From: Gammaproteobacteria bacterium Ga0077536
GTDB taxonomy: Bacteria; Pseudomonadota; Gammaproteobacteria; Ga0077536
NCBI GenBank assembly: GCA_001464935.1
Contig: LNEL01000055.1
Coordinates: 83,056 to 147,055 of the forward strand
Length of the DNA stretch: 64,000 nucleotides
Direction of reading: 5' to 3'
Below, in pieces: positions 28,070 to 37,322 of the stretch. Both the position numbers and the translations under genes were made by a program. The notes below the pieces were generated by a model that saw only the letters and a list, made by a program, of their open reading frames with translations, was not told the origin of the DNA and did no database searches. How positions within the stretch are numbered: position 1 is the first letter of the stretch; the number at the start of each line of letters is the position of its first letter.

Positions 28070-28178
28070 ACGCACTCGCAAACGCGAACTGCCGGGGCAC
28101 AGGGGGAATTCGCGCCGGGCGGGCGCCGTTCGCTGGCGCACCGTTCGTGTGCGTGGCGCGCAGCGCGGCGAGTCACCG

Positions 28179-29117
28179 ATGAGCCTCTACGCCATCTGCG
28201 CATCGCATACGCCGCTGAAGAGCCATCATTCGCCGGGCGACGCGGTCCAGGCCGCGGTCGACGGTTGTTTCGCGCGGCTGCGACACGCCGTCGCCGACTT
28301 CGCGCCCGAGCTCGTGATCGTGTTCGGGCCGGATCACTTCAACGGCTTCTTCCATCGCCTGATGCCGCCGTTCTGCGTCGGCGCGCAGGCGGAGTCGGTC
28401 GGCGACTGGGCAACGCCAGCGGGCCCGCTGCCGACCGATCCCGATCTCGCAGAGCGCTGCGCTCAGCATGCCTTCGCCTGCGGCGTCGATGTCGCGGTGT
28501 CGCACCGGATGGAGGTCGACCACGGTCTGACGCAGACCCTCGACATGCTGTGCGACTGGGCGAGCCTGCCGCCGGTGCTGCCGATTTTCATCAACTGCGT
28601 CGGCGCTCCGCGACCGCCGCTCGCGCGCGTGGCCGCGCTGGGCCGTGCCGTCGGCGAATTCGCCGCGAGTCTCGGACGTCGCGTGTTGATCATCGGCTCC
28701 GGCGGGCTGTCGCACGATCCGCCGGTGCCGGCGCTCGCAAGTGCACCACCGGAAGTGCGCAAACGCCTGATCGCCGGCGGCACGCTGTCCGCCGACGCGC
28801 GCGCGGCGCGCCAGGCACGGGTGATTGACGAAGGCCTCAGGCAGGCCAACGGCACCAGCGACTGCACGCCGCTGAACGCCGCCTGGGATCAGGCGTTTCT
28901 CGATGCGCTGCTCGCGCAGGACTTCGCCGCGCTGACGCGCTACACGGACGAGGAGATCACGCGCGAAGGGGGCCGCGGCGGGCACGAGATCCGAAGCTGG
29001 GTGGCGACCGCCGCCGCGATGCACGCCGCCGGGGCGTCCGCGCCGCGGCTCGAGTACTACGCCCCGATCGCGGTGTGGGTGGCAGGCTTCGGCGTCGTCT
29101 CGCAGGGACCGGTCTGA
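28179..29117 (+). CDS. class III extradiol ring-cleavage dioxygenase (LigB family)
   Basis: MSLYAICASHTPL... plus the conserved His ligands characteristic of LigB-type dioxygenases. Confidence 0.8.
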   Translation: MSLYAICASHTPLKSHHSPGDAVQAAVDGCFARLRHAVADFAPELVIVFGPDHFNGFFHRLMPPFCVGAQAESVGDWATPAGPLPTDPDLAERCAQHAFACGVDVAVSHRMEVDHGLTQTLDMLCDWASLPPVLPIFINCVGAPRPPLARVAALGRAVGEFAASLGRRVLIIGSGGLSHDPPVPALASAPPEVRKRLIAGGTLSADARAARQARVIDEGLRQANGTSDCTPLNAAWDQAFLDALLAQDFAALTRYTDEEITREGGRGGHEIRSWVATAAAMHAAGASAPRLEYYAPIAVWVAGFGVVSQGPV

Positions 29118-29125
29118 GCGTCGCG

Positions 29126-29629
29126 GTGGGCGATGGATTTCTCGATGGCTACGACGGGCAGACCACCGCCGGGCTGCTCGCGCTGCGCGATCGCTATCGC
29201 AGCGACTCGCTCGTGCTCGCGTTCGAACTCGGACTGCAACTGAAGGCGGAGCACTCGGCGCTGTCACGCGCCGAGCAATATGTGCTCGCGATCGAAGCGC
29301 TGGAGCGCGAGGTCAACAACGGCGGTTACGGGCAGTTCTTCCTGAATGCGTCGAACACGTACGCAGCGATAGTCGTCGAGGCGCTGTTCGCCATCGACTG
29401 CCCGAAGACCGCGCGCGTCACGCGCGGCGCAATCGCCGCCCTCAAGCTGCCCGAGCCGATGACGCCGGCCGGCCTCGAAGCGCGCATCCTCGCCGACGAC
29501 CTCACGCTGCGCCGGGCGCTGCACGCCTGCGACGAACGCTATCTCGCCACCGGTGAGGCGATCGCCGACCGGCTCCTCGCCTGGATCGCAGCCCACGCGG
29601 CCGACATCGTCATCCCCAGCCGCGGCTGA
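29126..29629 (+). CDS. DUF4375 (DMP19-like) domain protein
   Basis: VNNGGYGQFFLN motif. GTG start just after the dioxygenase stop; start uncertain. Confidence 0.45.
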   Translation: MGDGFLDGYDGQTTAGLLALRDRYRSDSLVLAFELGLQLKAEHSALSRAEQYVLAIEALEREVNNGGYGQFFLNASNTYAAIVVEALFAIDCPKTARVTRGAIAALKLPEPMTPAGLEARILADDLTLRRALHACDERYLATGEAIADRLLAWIAAHAADIVIPSRG

Positions 29630-29684
29630 ACAGCAACGTGCGGATATCGAGCACTGGTCAAGGTCTCGGGCGGAAGATCCTGGT

Positions 29685-29848
29685 CACTGCGTAGGTTGGG
29701 CTGACGAAGGAAGCCCAACGCGTGCGCCCTCACGGCACCACCGGCAGGTACTCGGATACGCCCCCTGCCGGGGCCTGTGGCCAGACTTGTCGGTAGCCAA
29801 CAGAGACGCCGATGTTGGGCTTCCTTCGTCAGCCCAACCTACCAGTGG
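29685..29848. repeat. inverted pair of ~35-bp repeat copies, each with hairpin GTTGGGCT-N9-AGCCCAAC, flanking ~94 bp
   Basis: CACTG(C/G)GTAGGTTGGGCTGACGAAGGAAGCCCAAC at 29685..29719 and its reverse complement at 29814..29848. Confidence 0.6.
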
Positions 29849-29986
29849 AGCGCTTTGACGCTCAGCCGTATCGCGCCTTCGAGGGGGCGCCGGTTACGCG
29901 GCGATGCCGGGGAACGGCGCACCGGGTGGCGGCGCCCGAAGCAGATGCGAAGCACCTGCCTGACGCATCGTCCGGCGCGCCCGGGC

Positions 29987-30325
29987 TCAGCAGCGCCCTT
30001 TCTTCGCCTGTCCCGGCGGACAGAATCCACCGTTCTGATGCGGCACGCCTGGCGGATGTCCGGCGCCGTCGTAGTAGTACACGTTGTGTCGCGGCGGCGG
30101 CGGCGCCGCATATTCCTGCGTGTTCAGCGCAGCGCCTGTGGCGGCCCCGACGCCCGCGCCCACGATAGCGCCCTGTCGGCCCCCGAGTTCGGCACCCACC
30201 GCGCCCCCGAGGGCACCGCCAATGGCGCCGCCGATCGCCGCATCACGCGTCAGTCCTTCGGCCATCGCGGCGCCGGCAGTCCCGAGCAGCACACTCAAAA
30301 CCCAAGCCTGGTGTCGTTGCATCAA
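29987..30325 (-). CDS. glycine-zipper secreted/outer-membrane small protein
   Basis: Signal peptide MMQRHQAWVLSVLLGTAGAAMA, GxxxG repeats, Cys-containing C-terminus. CAGGAGAA RBS. Confidence 0.6.
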   Translation of the reverse strand: MMQRHQAWVLSVLLGTAGAAMAEGLTRDAAIGGAIGGALGGAVGAELGGRQGAIVGAGVGAATGAALNTQEYAAPPPPRHNVYYYDGAGHPPGVPHQNGGFCPPGQAKKGRC

Positions 30326-30795
30326 TGTTCTCCTGGTTTGATTGTCGGGCCGCGCCGAATCCGCGATTCGCGCAGGGCCAAGTGCACGGCGCGTGTCTCC
30401 GGGTCACGCGGGCGCCTCATAGGCCACCACTGTAACCGTTCGTCATGCGCTGTCCCGACGGCATGCCGGGAACGTGAGCGAAGTCTCAATGATGATGACC
30501 GCCGCGCGTGCAGGCGAACCATCGCAAGACGCATCGCGACGCGGCCAGTCGTGTGCGTCCTACACCGGGTCGGCCCGAAGCGCTGGCGACGCTTGCCGAT
30601 TACGGGCGCTGCCACGATGCACATTCGGCCGCCGGGATCAGGACACCGCCGCGCGCCGCAAGGGCCTCGAGCGGCCCGCTGTTGCACGCTGTTGCAGATG
30701 CACATCAATGGCTCGCGCAATACTGCTGCCGGGGTGTCCGGCCAGCGTCCGCCAGCCGGCGGCTCAATCATCACATTATCAATGGAGGCGCGAAC

Positions 30796-31962
30796 ATGTT
30801 CGTAGCGACGAAGGACAAGATGCTGCCGACCGCCATGGTCGGCTCGTTTCCGAAGCCCAGCTGGTTCAATCAGAACCTGCAGGGGCGGCCGTTCAAGGTC
30901 GCGATGGGCGACTCGATGTATCGCGAGCAGTATCTCGACGCCGTCGCCTGCTACATCAGTGAACAGGAACGCGCCGGCCTCGACATCCTCGTCGACGGCG
31001 ACACCCGCTTCGACCTCGAGGTCGGCGGCCGATCGTGGTTCTTCTATACGATCGAGCGTCTGCACGGCATCACGGGCTTCCGCGACAGCTCGCATTTCCT
31101 CGACTATGGCGACATGAAGCCCGGCCACATCCTGTACGAAGTGCAGGAATCGTGGACCCCGCCGACGGTGAGCGGCCCGATCTCGCGTGGCCCGCTGCAC
31201 TTCAGCGCGATCTGGAAGACCGCGCAAAAGATGAGCGATCGCCCGGTCAAGTTCGGCTCGATCTGCGCGACCTGCCTGCCGATGATGCTGTGGAACGAAC
31301 ACTACGCGAACGATCGCGACATGGTGATGGCCATCGCCGCGGCGATGAACGAGGAGTACATCGAACTCGCCGACGCCGGTTGCCCGGTGATCCAGATCGA
31401 GGAACCGGTGCATCACTTCAACTGCAACGCCCACCCGCCGTGCACGGACAAGGATCTCGAGTTCTACACCGAGGCCTTCAATCGCCAGGTGCAGGGCGTG
31501 AAGACCGAGATCTGGGCCCACACCTGCTGGGGCAATCCCAATCAGCAGAGCTTCTATTGGGAGCGCCCGAGCTACGAGCGGCCGCTGCCCTACTTCCTCG
31601 CGATGAACTGCGACGTGGTGATGCTCGAAGGCGGCAGCAATCAGGCGCGCGACATCGCGCTGCTGAAGCACCACAAGACCGACAAGAAGATCGGCATCGG
31701 CGTCGTCGATCACACGCGCACGACCGTCGAGTCGCCCGATCAGGTCGCCGCGACGATTCGCCATGCGCTCGAGTTCGTGCCGCCGGAGAGGCTGATCATC
31801 ACCGCCGACTGTGGGTTCGGGCGCGAAGGCCTGTCGCGCCGCATCGCGCACTACAAGTGCGTGTCGCTGGTGCTCGGCACGAATATCGTCCGGCGCGAAC
31901 TCGGGCTCGACGAGGTGCCCGTGCGCGTCGCCGACCCGCGCTACGCTTTCAATCAGGGGTAA
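30796..31962 (+). CDS. cobalamin-independent methionine synthase (MetE C-terminal domain) family protein
   Basis: 388 aa starting MFVATKDKMLPTAMVGSFPKPSWF; GGAGG RBS. About 470 nt of untranslated leader upstream. Confidence 0.85.
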   Translation: MFVATKDKMLPTAMVGSFPKPSWFNQNLQGRPFKVAMGDSMYREQYLDAVACYISEQERAGLDILVDGDTRFDLEVGGRSWFFYTIERLHGITGFRDSSHFLDYGDMKPGHILYEVQESWTPPTVSGPISRGPLHFSAIWKTAQKMSDRPVKFGSICATCLPMMLWNEHYANDRDMVMAIAAAMNEEYIELADAGCPVIQIEEPVHHFNCNAHPPCTDKDLEFYTEAFNRQVQGVKTEIWAHTCWGNPNQQSFYWERPSYERPLPYFLAMNCDVVMLEGGSNQARDIALLKHHKTDKKIGIGVVDHTRTTVESPDQVAATIRHALEFVPPERLIITADCGFGREGLSRRIAHYKCVSLVLGTNIVRRELGLDEVPVRVADPRYAFNQG

Positions 31963-32099
31963 GCACTGCGTTCCAGGTCAGGGCGCCGGCCCCCTGTGCG
32001 ACGACACGCAGGGGGCCGGCGACGGCCGCCGCCCTCGACCCCGCGCGTGCCGCCATTGAGCTGTGTGTGCGCTGCCCGATTGACGCGATAATCGCGGCC

Positions 32100-34007
32100 A
32101 TGTGCGTTCTTCTCCGGCTCCCGGCTGCCGCCCTGCTGTGGCTCCTGATGCTTGCCCCTGCCAGCGCAGTGCGGGCCGACGCGGCTGAAGGCGCGCTGCT
32201 GATCCTGCTGTCCGATCAACCGGACGCGCCGTCACTGACCGACCGGCACCGCGCGCGACACACGGCGTTTCTGGCGCGGGCAGCGCGCAGCGAAGCCGCG
32301 ATTCGCCAGGCATTGCCGGCCGCTGTGCGCAAGCCGGCGCGGTTCGAAGCCCTGCCGGCCTTGAATGCCTGGCTGCTGCATGCGCCGGAGCACTCGCTAG
32401 CCGGGGCCTACGCCGCAATCAATGCTGCCAGCGCGCGCCTGGGGATCGTGCATGTCGCGCGCCATGGGCTGAACCTGTCACCGCCCGATGCACTGCCCAC
32501 TGCAGGCACCGCGCCGCTCGGGGCCGCCGCCGCCCTCTCGCCACGCCGCACACTCGGCATCATCGATCTCGGCGCCGATCTCTCGCACCCGCTGCTGCAA
32601 CGGGCACTGGGCCGCGTGCATGTCCAACCCGGCACGCCGGGGGCGGGCGCCGACGGACGACTCATTCGCTCGCACGGCACCGCAATGGCGGGCGTCTATG
32701 CGCAACTGCTGCAGGGCCAGCCGCTGCGCGCGGGCGGTGTCGACCTGCCGTGGCTCCGACTGCCGCGCGCGATCGCGCTGACCGACACCCTGGTCGCACA
32801 CGCCGGCCCCGAGACGCGGGCCGGCCGCAGCGATCTCGCGCGCGCACTGAACTGGATGCTGACGCCGACGCCCGATCGCCCGCTGCCGGATGTGATCAAC
32901 TACAGCCAGGGCAACGGCCGCCTGTGCGCGAGCGGCACGCCCGACTGTGATCCCGCGACCTGGGCCGGCGTGACGCGCGTGATTGATCGCCTCATCGACG
33001 AACTGGGCGTGACGGTGGTGAAGTCGGCCGGCAATCGCGGGGATCGCGACGACAACACGATGACGGTGCCGGGCGAGACCTTCAACGGCATCACCGTCGG
33101 CAACATGCATGCCTTCGACTGGCAGGCCTGCGCCGCAAGCGCCGAGCGTCGAGCGCACAAGATCTATCGCACGAGCAGCGTCGCGCCGGCGGCGCCCGCG
33201 CCGCGCCTGCTCGATGTCGTCGCGCCCGGCGTGCGCATCGACACCACGGGCGTGAATCCTGCGTACTGCCGGACCGTGTGCGATCGACGCTCCGATCTGC
33301 CGTGCAGCTTCTGCCCGCGGCTAGGCCGCTTCGAGGCCGCGCGCCAGAGCTACTGGAAGGTGAACTCGGGCACGAGTCCCGCCGCAGCGGTGGTCGGCGC
33401 GCTCGCGCTGTCCGTGATCGACGAGGGGCTTCGCGATCCGCGTGCCGTGAAGGCGCTGCTGATCAACAGCGCCGACACCTGGACCAGCGCAGACACCCCG
33501 CATCCGCGCGTGCGCGGCAACGGCGGCGGCTGCGAGGCGGACGTCACGGCCGCCCGGCACGCGCCGTACCCTTATGGCGCACATTACGATCGCCGCTACG
33601 GCTGGGGTTACGTGAACCCGGCTCGCCTGGCGCGGGAGCGCGCGCACACAGTCGTCGACTCGGCCGATGGGCCGCGCTGTTACGCGGCGACGCTCGAAGC
33701 CTGGGACAAGATAACGCTCGTCTGGCATCGACACGTGCGCAGCTGCGCTGGCTGCGAAATGGATGCGTCGTCCGCGCTGACCCGCCTGCACCTGGACCTC
33801 GTGTCGGTGCAGGACGCACGCACGATCGACAGCGACCGGGGCCAGAGTCCGCTCGACAACGTGCTGCAGGTATCGAACGGTCGCGGCCCGGCGGCTGCGC
33901 CGCGCGCGCAGGCCGTCATCGTGCGGGTCGACGCTGCCGCGGCGGAGTCCTATGCGCTCGCGAGTCCGCGCGCGCTGACGCGCCTGCCGTCGTGCCCGAC
34001 GCCGTGA
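32100..34007 (+). CDS. S8 family serine peptidase (subtilisin-like), secreted
   Basis: Signal peptide, then the Asp (IIDLGAD), His (HGTAMAG) and Ser (SGTSPAAAVVGA) catalytic motifs. Start at M356 of a 990-aa track ORF whose 5' part is antisense junk. Confidence 0.8.
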   Translation: MCVLLRLPAAALLWLLMLAPASAVRADAAEGALLILLSDQPDAPSLTDRHRARHTAFLARAARSEAAIRQALPAAVRKPARFEALPALNAWLLHAPEHSLAGAYAAINAASARLGIVHVARHGLNLSPPDALPTAGTAPLGAAAALSPRRTLGIIDLGADLSHPLLQRALGRVHVQPGTPGAGADGRLIRSHGTAMAGVYAQLLQGQPLRAGGVDLPWLRLPRAIALTDTLVAHAGPETRAGRSDLARALNWMLTPTPDRPLPDVINYSQGNGRLCASGTPDCDPATWAGVTRVIDRLIDELGVTVVKSAGNRGDRDDNTMTVPGETFNGITVGNMHAFDWQACAASAERRAHKIYRTSSVAPAAPAPRLLDVVAPGVRIDTTGVNPAYCRTVCDRRSDLPCSFCPRLGRFEAARQSYWKVNSGTSPAAAVVGALALSVIDEGLRDPRAVKALLINSADTWTSADTPHPRVRGNGGGCEADVTAARHAPYPYGAHYDRRYGWGYVNPARLARERAHTVVDSADGPRCYAATLEAWDKITLVWHRHVRSCAGCEMDASSALTRLHLDLVSVQDARTIDSDRGQSPLDNVLQVSNGRGPAAAPRAQAVIVRVDAAAAESYALASPRALTRLPSCPTP

Positions 34008-34037
34008 GGCCGGACTGAACGCCTTCGCCGACCTCGC

Positions 34038-34679
34038 TCACCAGCGCAGCACGCGCGGGCCGACGAGCGCCCCGACGACGGCGGGCAGCAGCATCCCGAG
34101 CACGTACCACACGCCGATGAAGGGCGCTGCGAGTTCGGGACAGTGGAGCGCGTAGACGCCGGCCGCGGCCGCGCCTGACAGCAGACCGGCCGCAGCGCCG
34201 GCAAGACGCAGGCGGGTCGGCGCCAGCCCACGCAGCGCCCACAGCGTGGCCAGCAGCATCGGCACCGACAGGCTCCCGATATACAGCGGACAGACCCGCC
34301 AGGTTTCGCCGAACAGCAGCGCCGGACGCGTCGCGGGTGCGGCGCCCAGCAGCGCGAACGCGGCGACGCTCCAGATCACGGCCACCGGGATCACGAGCCA
34401 CACCGCGCTGGCGCCGAGCGTCGCCCCGGGACGGGCGAGCCTGGCCGCCACGCGCAGCGCCCCGGCGCACAGCGCCAGCGGCAGCGCGAGCTTCAGCCAG
34501 AACATCGGCAATGTTGCGACCTGCAACAAATCAGGCTGCAATCCCAGCGTGGTCAGCATCTGGCACGCGGCCACCGGCACGCTTGCGGCGAGGGCCAGCG
34601 TCCAGCGCCGCTGCGCGACGCCCGGCGGCGTCGGCTCGAGTCCGCGCGCGAGCATCTGGACCAGCTCATCGGTGTTCAT
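34038..34679 (-). CDS. nrsF: NrsF-family anti-sigma factor (DUF1109, six TM helices)
   Basis: Membrane protein directly downstream of and overlapping the ECF sigma gene. Confidence 0.75.
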   Translation of the reverse strand: MNTDELVQMLARGLEPTPPGVAQRRWTLALAASVPVAACQMLTTLGLQPDLLQVATLPMFWLKLALPLALCAGALRVAARLARPGATLGASAVWLVIPVAVIWSVAAFALLGAAPATRPALLFGETWRVCPLYIGSLSVPMLLATLWALRGLAPTRLRLAGAAAGLLSGAAAAGVYALHCPELAAPFIGVWYVLGMLLPAVVGALVGPRVLRW

Positions 34680-35190
34680 CGCGACCTCCCAACAGGCTGC
34701 GCGCGAGGGCCTTCATGCCGCGGTGGATGCCGATCTTGACCGCCGACGCGGACATGCCCGTGCGGGCTGCCGCCTCCTCCACCGACAAACCTTCGAGTTT
34801 GACCTGCTCGATCGGCAACCTGAAACGGGGCGGCAGTTCAGCCAGCAGCCTGCCCAGATCCCGGCGCGCGGTCGCGGCGTCGTGCAGGCTGTCTTCGACG
34901 AGGGCGTGGCCATCGTCTTCGGGCAACGGATCTTCCGCGCGGCGCGTGTCGCGACGCAGGTGATCGATCAGTTTGTACTTCGCAATCGCATGCACCCACG
35001 GCGTGAACGGCTCCTCCGGCAGCCAGGTATGGCGTTGGTTGTGCACGGCGATCAGGGTTTCCTGCACGAGATCCTCTCCGCTGTCCGGGTCGCCACTGAG
35101 CCGGCGACGGAAAAATGCCCGCAGATGGCCGCTCAGCGCGAGCAGCAGCGCCTGGTAGGCCGCCGCGTCACCGCGCTGGGCCTCGATCAT
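34666..35190 (-). CDS. ECF RNA polymerase sigma factor (sigmaF-like)
   Basis: Sigma-70 regions 2 and 4 (LVQETLIAVHNQRHTW...EQVKLEGLSVEEAAARTGMSASAVKIGIHRG). Start set at M31, downstream of the autoregulatory promoter. Confidence 0.75.
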   Translation of the reverse strand: MIEAQRGDAAAYQALLLALSGHLRAFFRRRLSGDPDSGEDLVQETLIAVHNQRHTWLPEEPFTPWVHAIAKYKLIDHLRRDTRRAEDPLPEDDGHALVEDSLHDAATARRDLGRLLAELPPRFRLPIEQVKLEGLSVEEAAARTGMSASAVKIGIHRGMKALARSLLGGRDEHR

Positions 35191-35242
35191 CAGGGCCTTG
35201 AACTTCGCTTCGACCGTATCCAATGCGGTGTTACTCGGTGAG

Positions 35243-35268
35243 TTCGCTGGCGGCGGTCCGCCGGTTAC
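35243..35268 (-). promoter_or_regulatory. ECF-type promoter GTAACC-N16-CGAA driving the sigma/anti-sigma operon
   Basis: The minus strand reads GTAACC GGCGGACCGCCGCCAG CGAA about 45 nt upstream of the proposed sigma start. Confidence 0.6.
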
Positions 35269-35313
35269 AGCACGGTGCAAAAGATTTCGTTCCGCCTATT
35301 TTCGCACGCCGAT

Positions 35314-35339
35314 GTAACCGGTAGCGATAACGCGACGAA
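35314..35339 (+). promoter_or_regulatory. ECF-type promoter GTAACC-N16-CGAA driving the bufferin operon
   Basis: GTAACC GGTAGCGATAACGCGA CGAA about 75 nt upstream of bufA. Same motif as the divergent promoter above. Confidence 0.65.
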
Positions 35340-35413
35340 CTAGCTCCTCGACCGCCAGCCGCCAGCCCGGTGCGGCGCCTGGCCCCCCATCCACCTCGAG
35401 GAGTTTGACCATC

Positions 35414-35686
35414 ATGAAGGATCATTCAATTACCCTGACCGCGATTGCCCTCAGTGCGCTGGTGTCCGGTGCCGCGATGGCGGCCGATACCGCCCCGGCC
35501 AAGGAGAAATGCTACGGCGTGTCACTCGCCGGCCAGAACGACTGCGCGGCCGGTGCGGGCACTTCGTGCGCCGGCACGTCGAAGGTCGATTACCAGGGCA
35601 ACGCCTGGAAATATGTGCCGGCCGGCACCTGCACGACAATGAAGACGCCGAGCGGCATGGGTTCGCTGACGCCGGTCGAAGGCTGA
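35414..35686 (+). CDS. bufA: bufferin-type RiPP precursor (DUF2282), Sec signal peptide, four Cys
   Basis: [23 protein letters not shown]|[52 protein letters not shown]...; GAGGAG RBS. Confidence 0.8.
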   Translation: MKDHSITLTAIALSALVSGAAMAADTAPAKEKCYGVSLAGQNDCAAGAGTSCAGTSKVDYQGNAWKYVPAGTCTTMKTPSGMGSLTPVEG

Positions 35687-35698
35687 GGTCAGGCCGCC

Positions 35699-36547
35699 AT
35701 GAGACTGTCCGCGGGCTTGAGTCTGAAGCCGGCCCACCTCGCCGCTGCGGAGGAGAGCGACGCGGACGGTCTCTGGTTCGAAGTGCATCCCGAGAACTAC
35801 ATGGTCGACGGCGGGCCGCGCGCGGCCTGCCTCGATCGCCTGCGGGCGCGCTACCCGCTGTCATTGCACGGTGTCGGCCTGTCGCTCGGGGCCTGCGCCA
35901 CGCCCGATACGGCGCATCTGCGCCGTCTGCGACAACTGTGCGAGCGACTCGAACCGGCGCTGGTGTCCGAACACCTCGCGTGGTCACGCTGGGACGACTT
36001 CTGCCTGCCCGATCTGCTGCCAGTGCCACGGACCGCCGAGGCGCTGGCCTGCGTGTGTCGCAACGTGTCGATCGTGCAGGACGCGCTCGGCCGCGCGATC
36101 GCAATCGAGCACCCCTCGCACTACCTGCACATTGCCGAGCACGAAATCGATGAACCGGCGTTTCTCGCCGAACTCTGCGCGCGCACCGGCTGCGGCCTGC
36201 TCGTCGACGTCAACAATGTTCACGTCAGTGCCCACAATCTCGGCCTCGATGCGGCAGCTTGGCTCGACGCCATCCCGGCCGCCGCCGTGCACGAAATCCA
36301 CCTCGCCGGACACAGCGCGGATCCCGTGCTCGGCCCGGCACTGCTGATCGACAGCCACGACACGCCCGTCAGTGCCACCGTGTGGACGCTGTATCAGCGC
36401 CTGCTCACCCGCATCGGACCCCGCCCGACGCTGATCGAGCGCGACGATCGGCTGCCCGGGTTCGAGGTCCTGATGCAGGAGCGCGGCACCGCCGCCGCGC
36501 TGCTGGCCGCGGCCGTCGTCCCGGCACGCGCGATGCAGCACGCATGA
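35699..36547 (+). CDS. bufB: MNIO (DUF692/UPF0276) multinuclear non-heme iron oxidase
   Basis: 282 aa TIM-barrel DUF692 (LHGVGLSLG, EHLAW, HLAGH). Confidence 0.85.
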   Translation: MRLSAGLSLKPAHLAAAEESDADGLWFEVHPENYMVDGGPRAACLDRLRARYPLSLHGVGLSLGACATPDTAHLRRLRQLCERLEPALVSEHLAWSRWDDFCLPDLLPVPRTAEALACVCRNVSIVQDALGRAIAIEHPSHYLHIAEHEIDEPAFLAELCARTGCGLLVDVNNVHVSAHNLGLDAAAWLDAIPAAAVHEIHLAGHSADPVLGPALLIDSHDTPVSATVWTLYQRLLTRIGPRPTLIERDDRLPGFEVLMQERGTAAALLAAAVVPARAMQHA

Positions 36548-37299
36548 GCCTGCACGCATTCCAGCAGCAGTTCCACGCGGCACTGTGGCACGACGCGTCG
36601 ACGGCATTGAGCGCGCAGCCCGGCTTCGCCGTGTATCGCAATACGGTGATGAAGGGCTGTATCGATGCGCTGGTGGCCAACTATCCGGCCGTGGTCTCGC
36701 TCGTCGGTGAAGACTGCGTGCGCGCGGCGGCCGCCGTGCATGTGCGTGCAGCGCCGCCCACGCAACCGATGCTGCTGCAGTACGGCGCAGGCTTCGCCGA
36801 TTTTCTCGCGCACTTTCCGCCGGTCGCGGCGTGGCCGTGGTTGCCGGCCGTGGCCCGGCTCGATCGGCACTGGACCGAAGCGCATGTGGCCGCCAATGCG
36901 CCCTGCGCCGACGCCGCCCTGCTCGCGACCTGCGCGCCCGATGTGCTCGGCGCGCGCTGCCTGCAACCGCATCCCGCCGCGCGCTGGCTATGGTGTGGCG
37001 AGGCACCGGCCCTGAGCCTGTGGCAGATCAATCGCGGCGAGCGCCCGCTGCCGGCCGCCGGGCTGTCGTCGCTGCCGTGGCACGGCGAAGGCGCCCTGAC
37101 GACGCGCCCGTTCGACACCGTGCGCGTGAGCGCGCTGCCCGCGGCGGGCTGCGTGCTGCTCGACGCCTGCGCGCAAGGCGCGACGCTGGCGGCCGCGGTC
37201 ACCGCGGCACTGGCCGTCGCACCGACGCTCGATATCGCCGCGCTGTTCGCACAGCTGCTGACGATGGGCGCCTTTGCGGCCAGCGATCCGGCTGCATGA
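36544..37299 (+). CDS. bufC: DUF2063 partner protein of the MNIO
   Basis: [17 protein letters not shown]... typical DUF2063 N-terminus. ATGA overlap with bufB. Confidence 0.8.
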   Translation: MSLHAFQQQFHAALWHDASTALSAQPGFAVYRNTVMKGCIDALVANYPAVVSLVGEDCVRAAAAVHVRAAPPTQPMLLQYGAGFADFLAHFPPVAAWPWLPAVARLDRHWTEAHVAANAPCADAALLATCAPDVLGARCLQPHPAARWLWCGEAPALSLWQINRGERPLPAAGLSSLPWHGEGALTTRPFDTVRVSALPAAGCVLLDACAQGATLAAAVTAALAVAPTLDIAALFAQLLTMGAFAASDPAA

Positions 37300-37322
37300 A
37301 CACCTCAACAAAGGAGCATACG

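Noticed and set aside
30326-30795. Possible cobalamin or SAM riboswitch in the metE-like leader (GCCACCACTG and GGGAAC strings)
   Set aside because: The B12-box-like and GGGAA-like strings are in the wrong relative order and strand for a riboswitch preceding the + strand gene. No convincing consensus. Left as unassigned.
30322-31851. 509-aa - strand ORF and the first ~355 codons of the 990-aa + ORF 31035..34007
   Set aside because: Both overlap the well-supported MetE-family gene in other frames. Only the 3' 635 codons of the 990-aa ORF (from the signal peptide onward) look like a real S8 peptidase.
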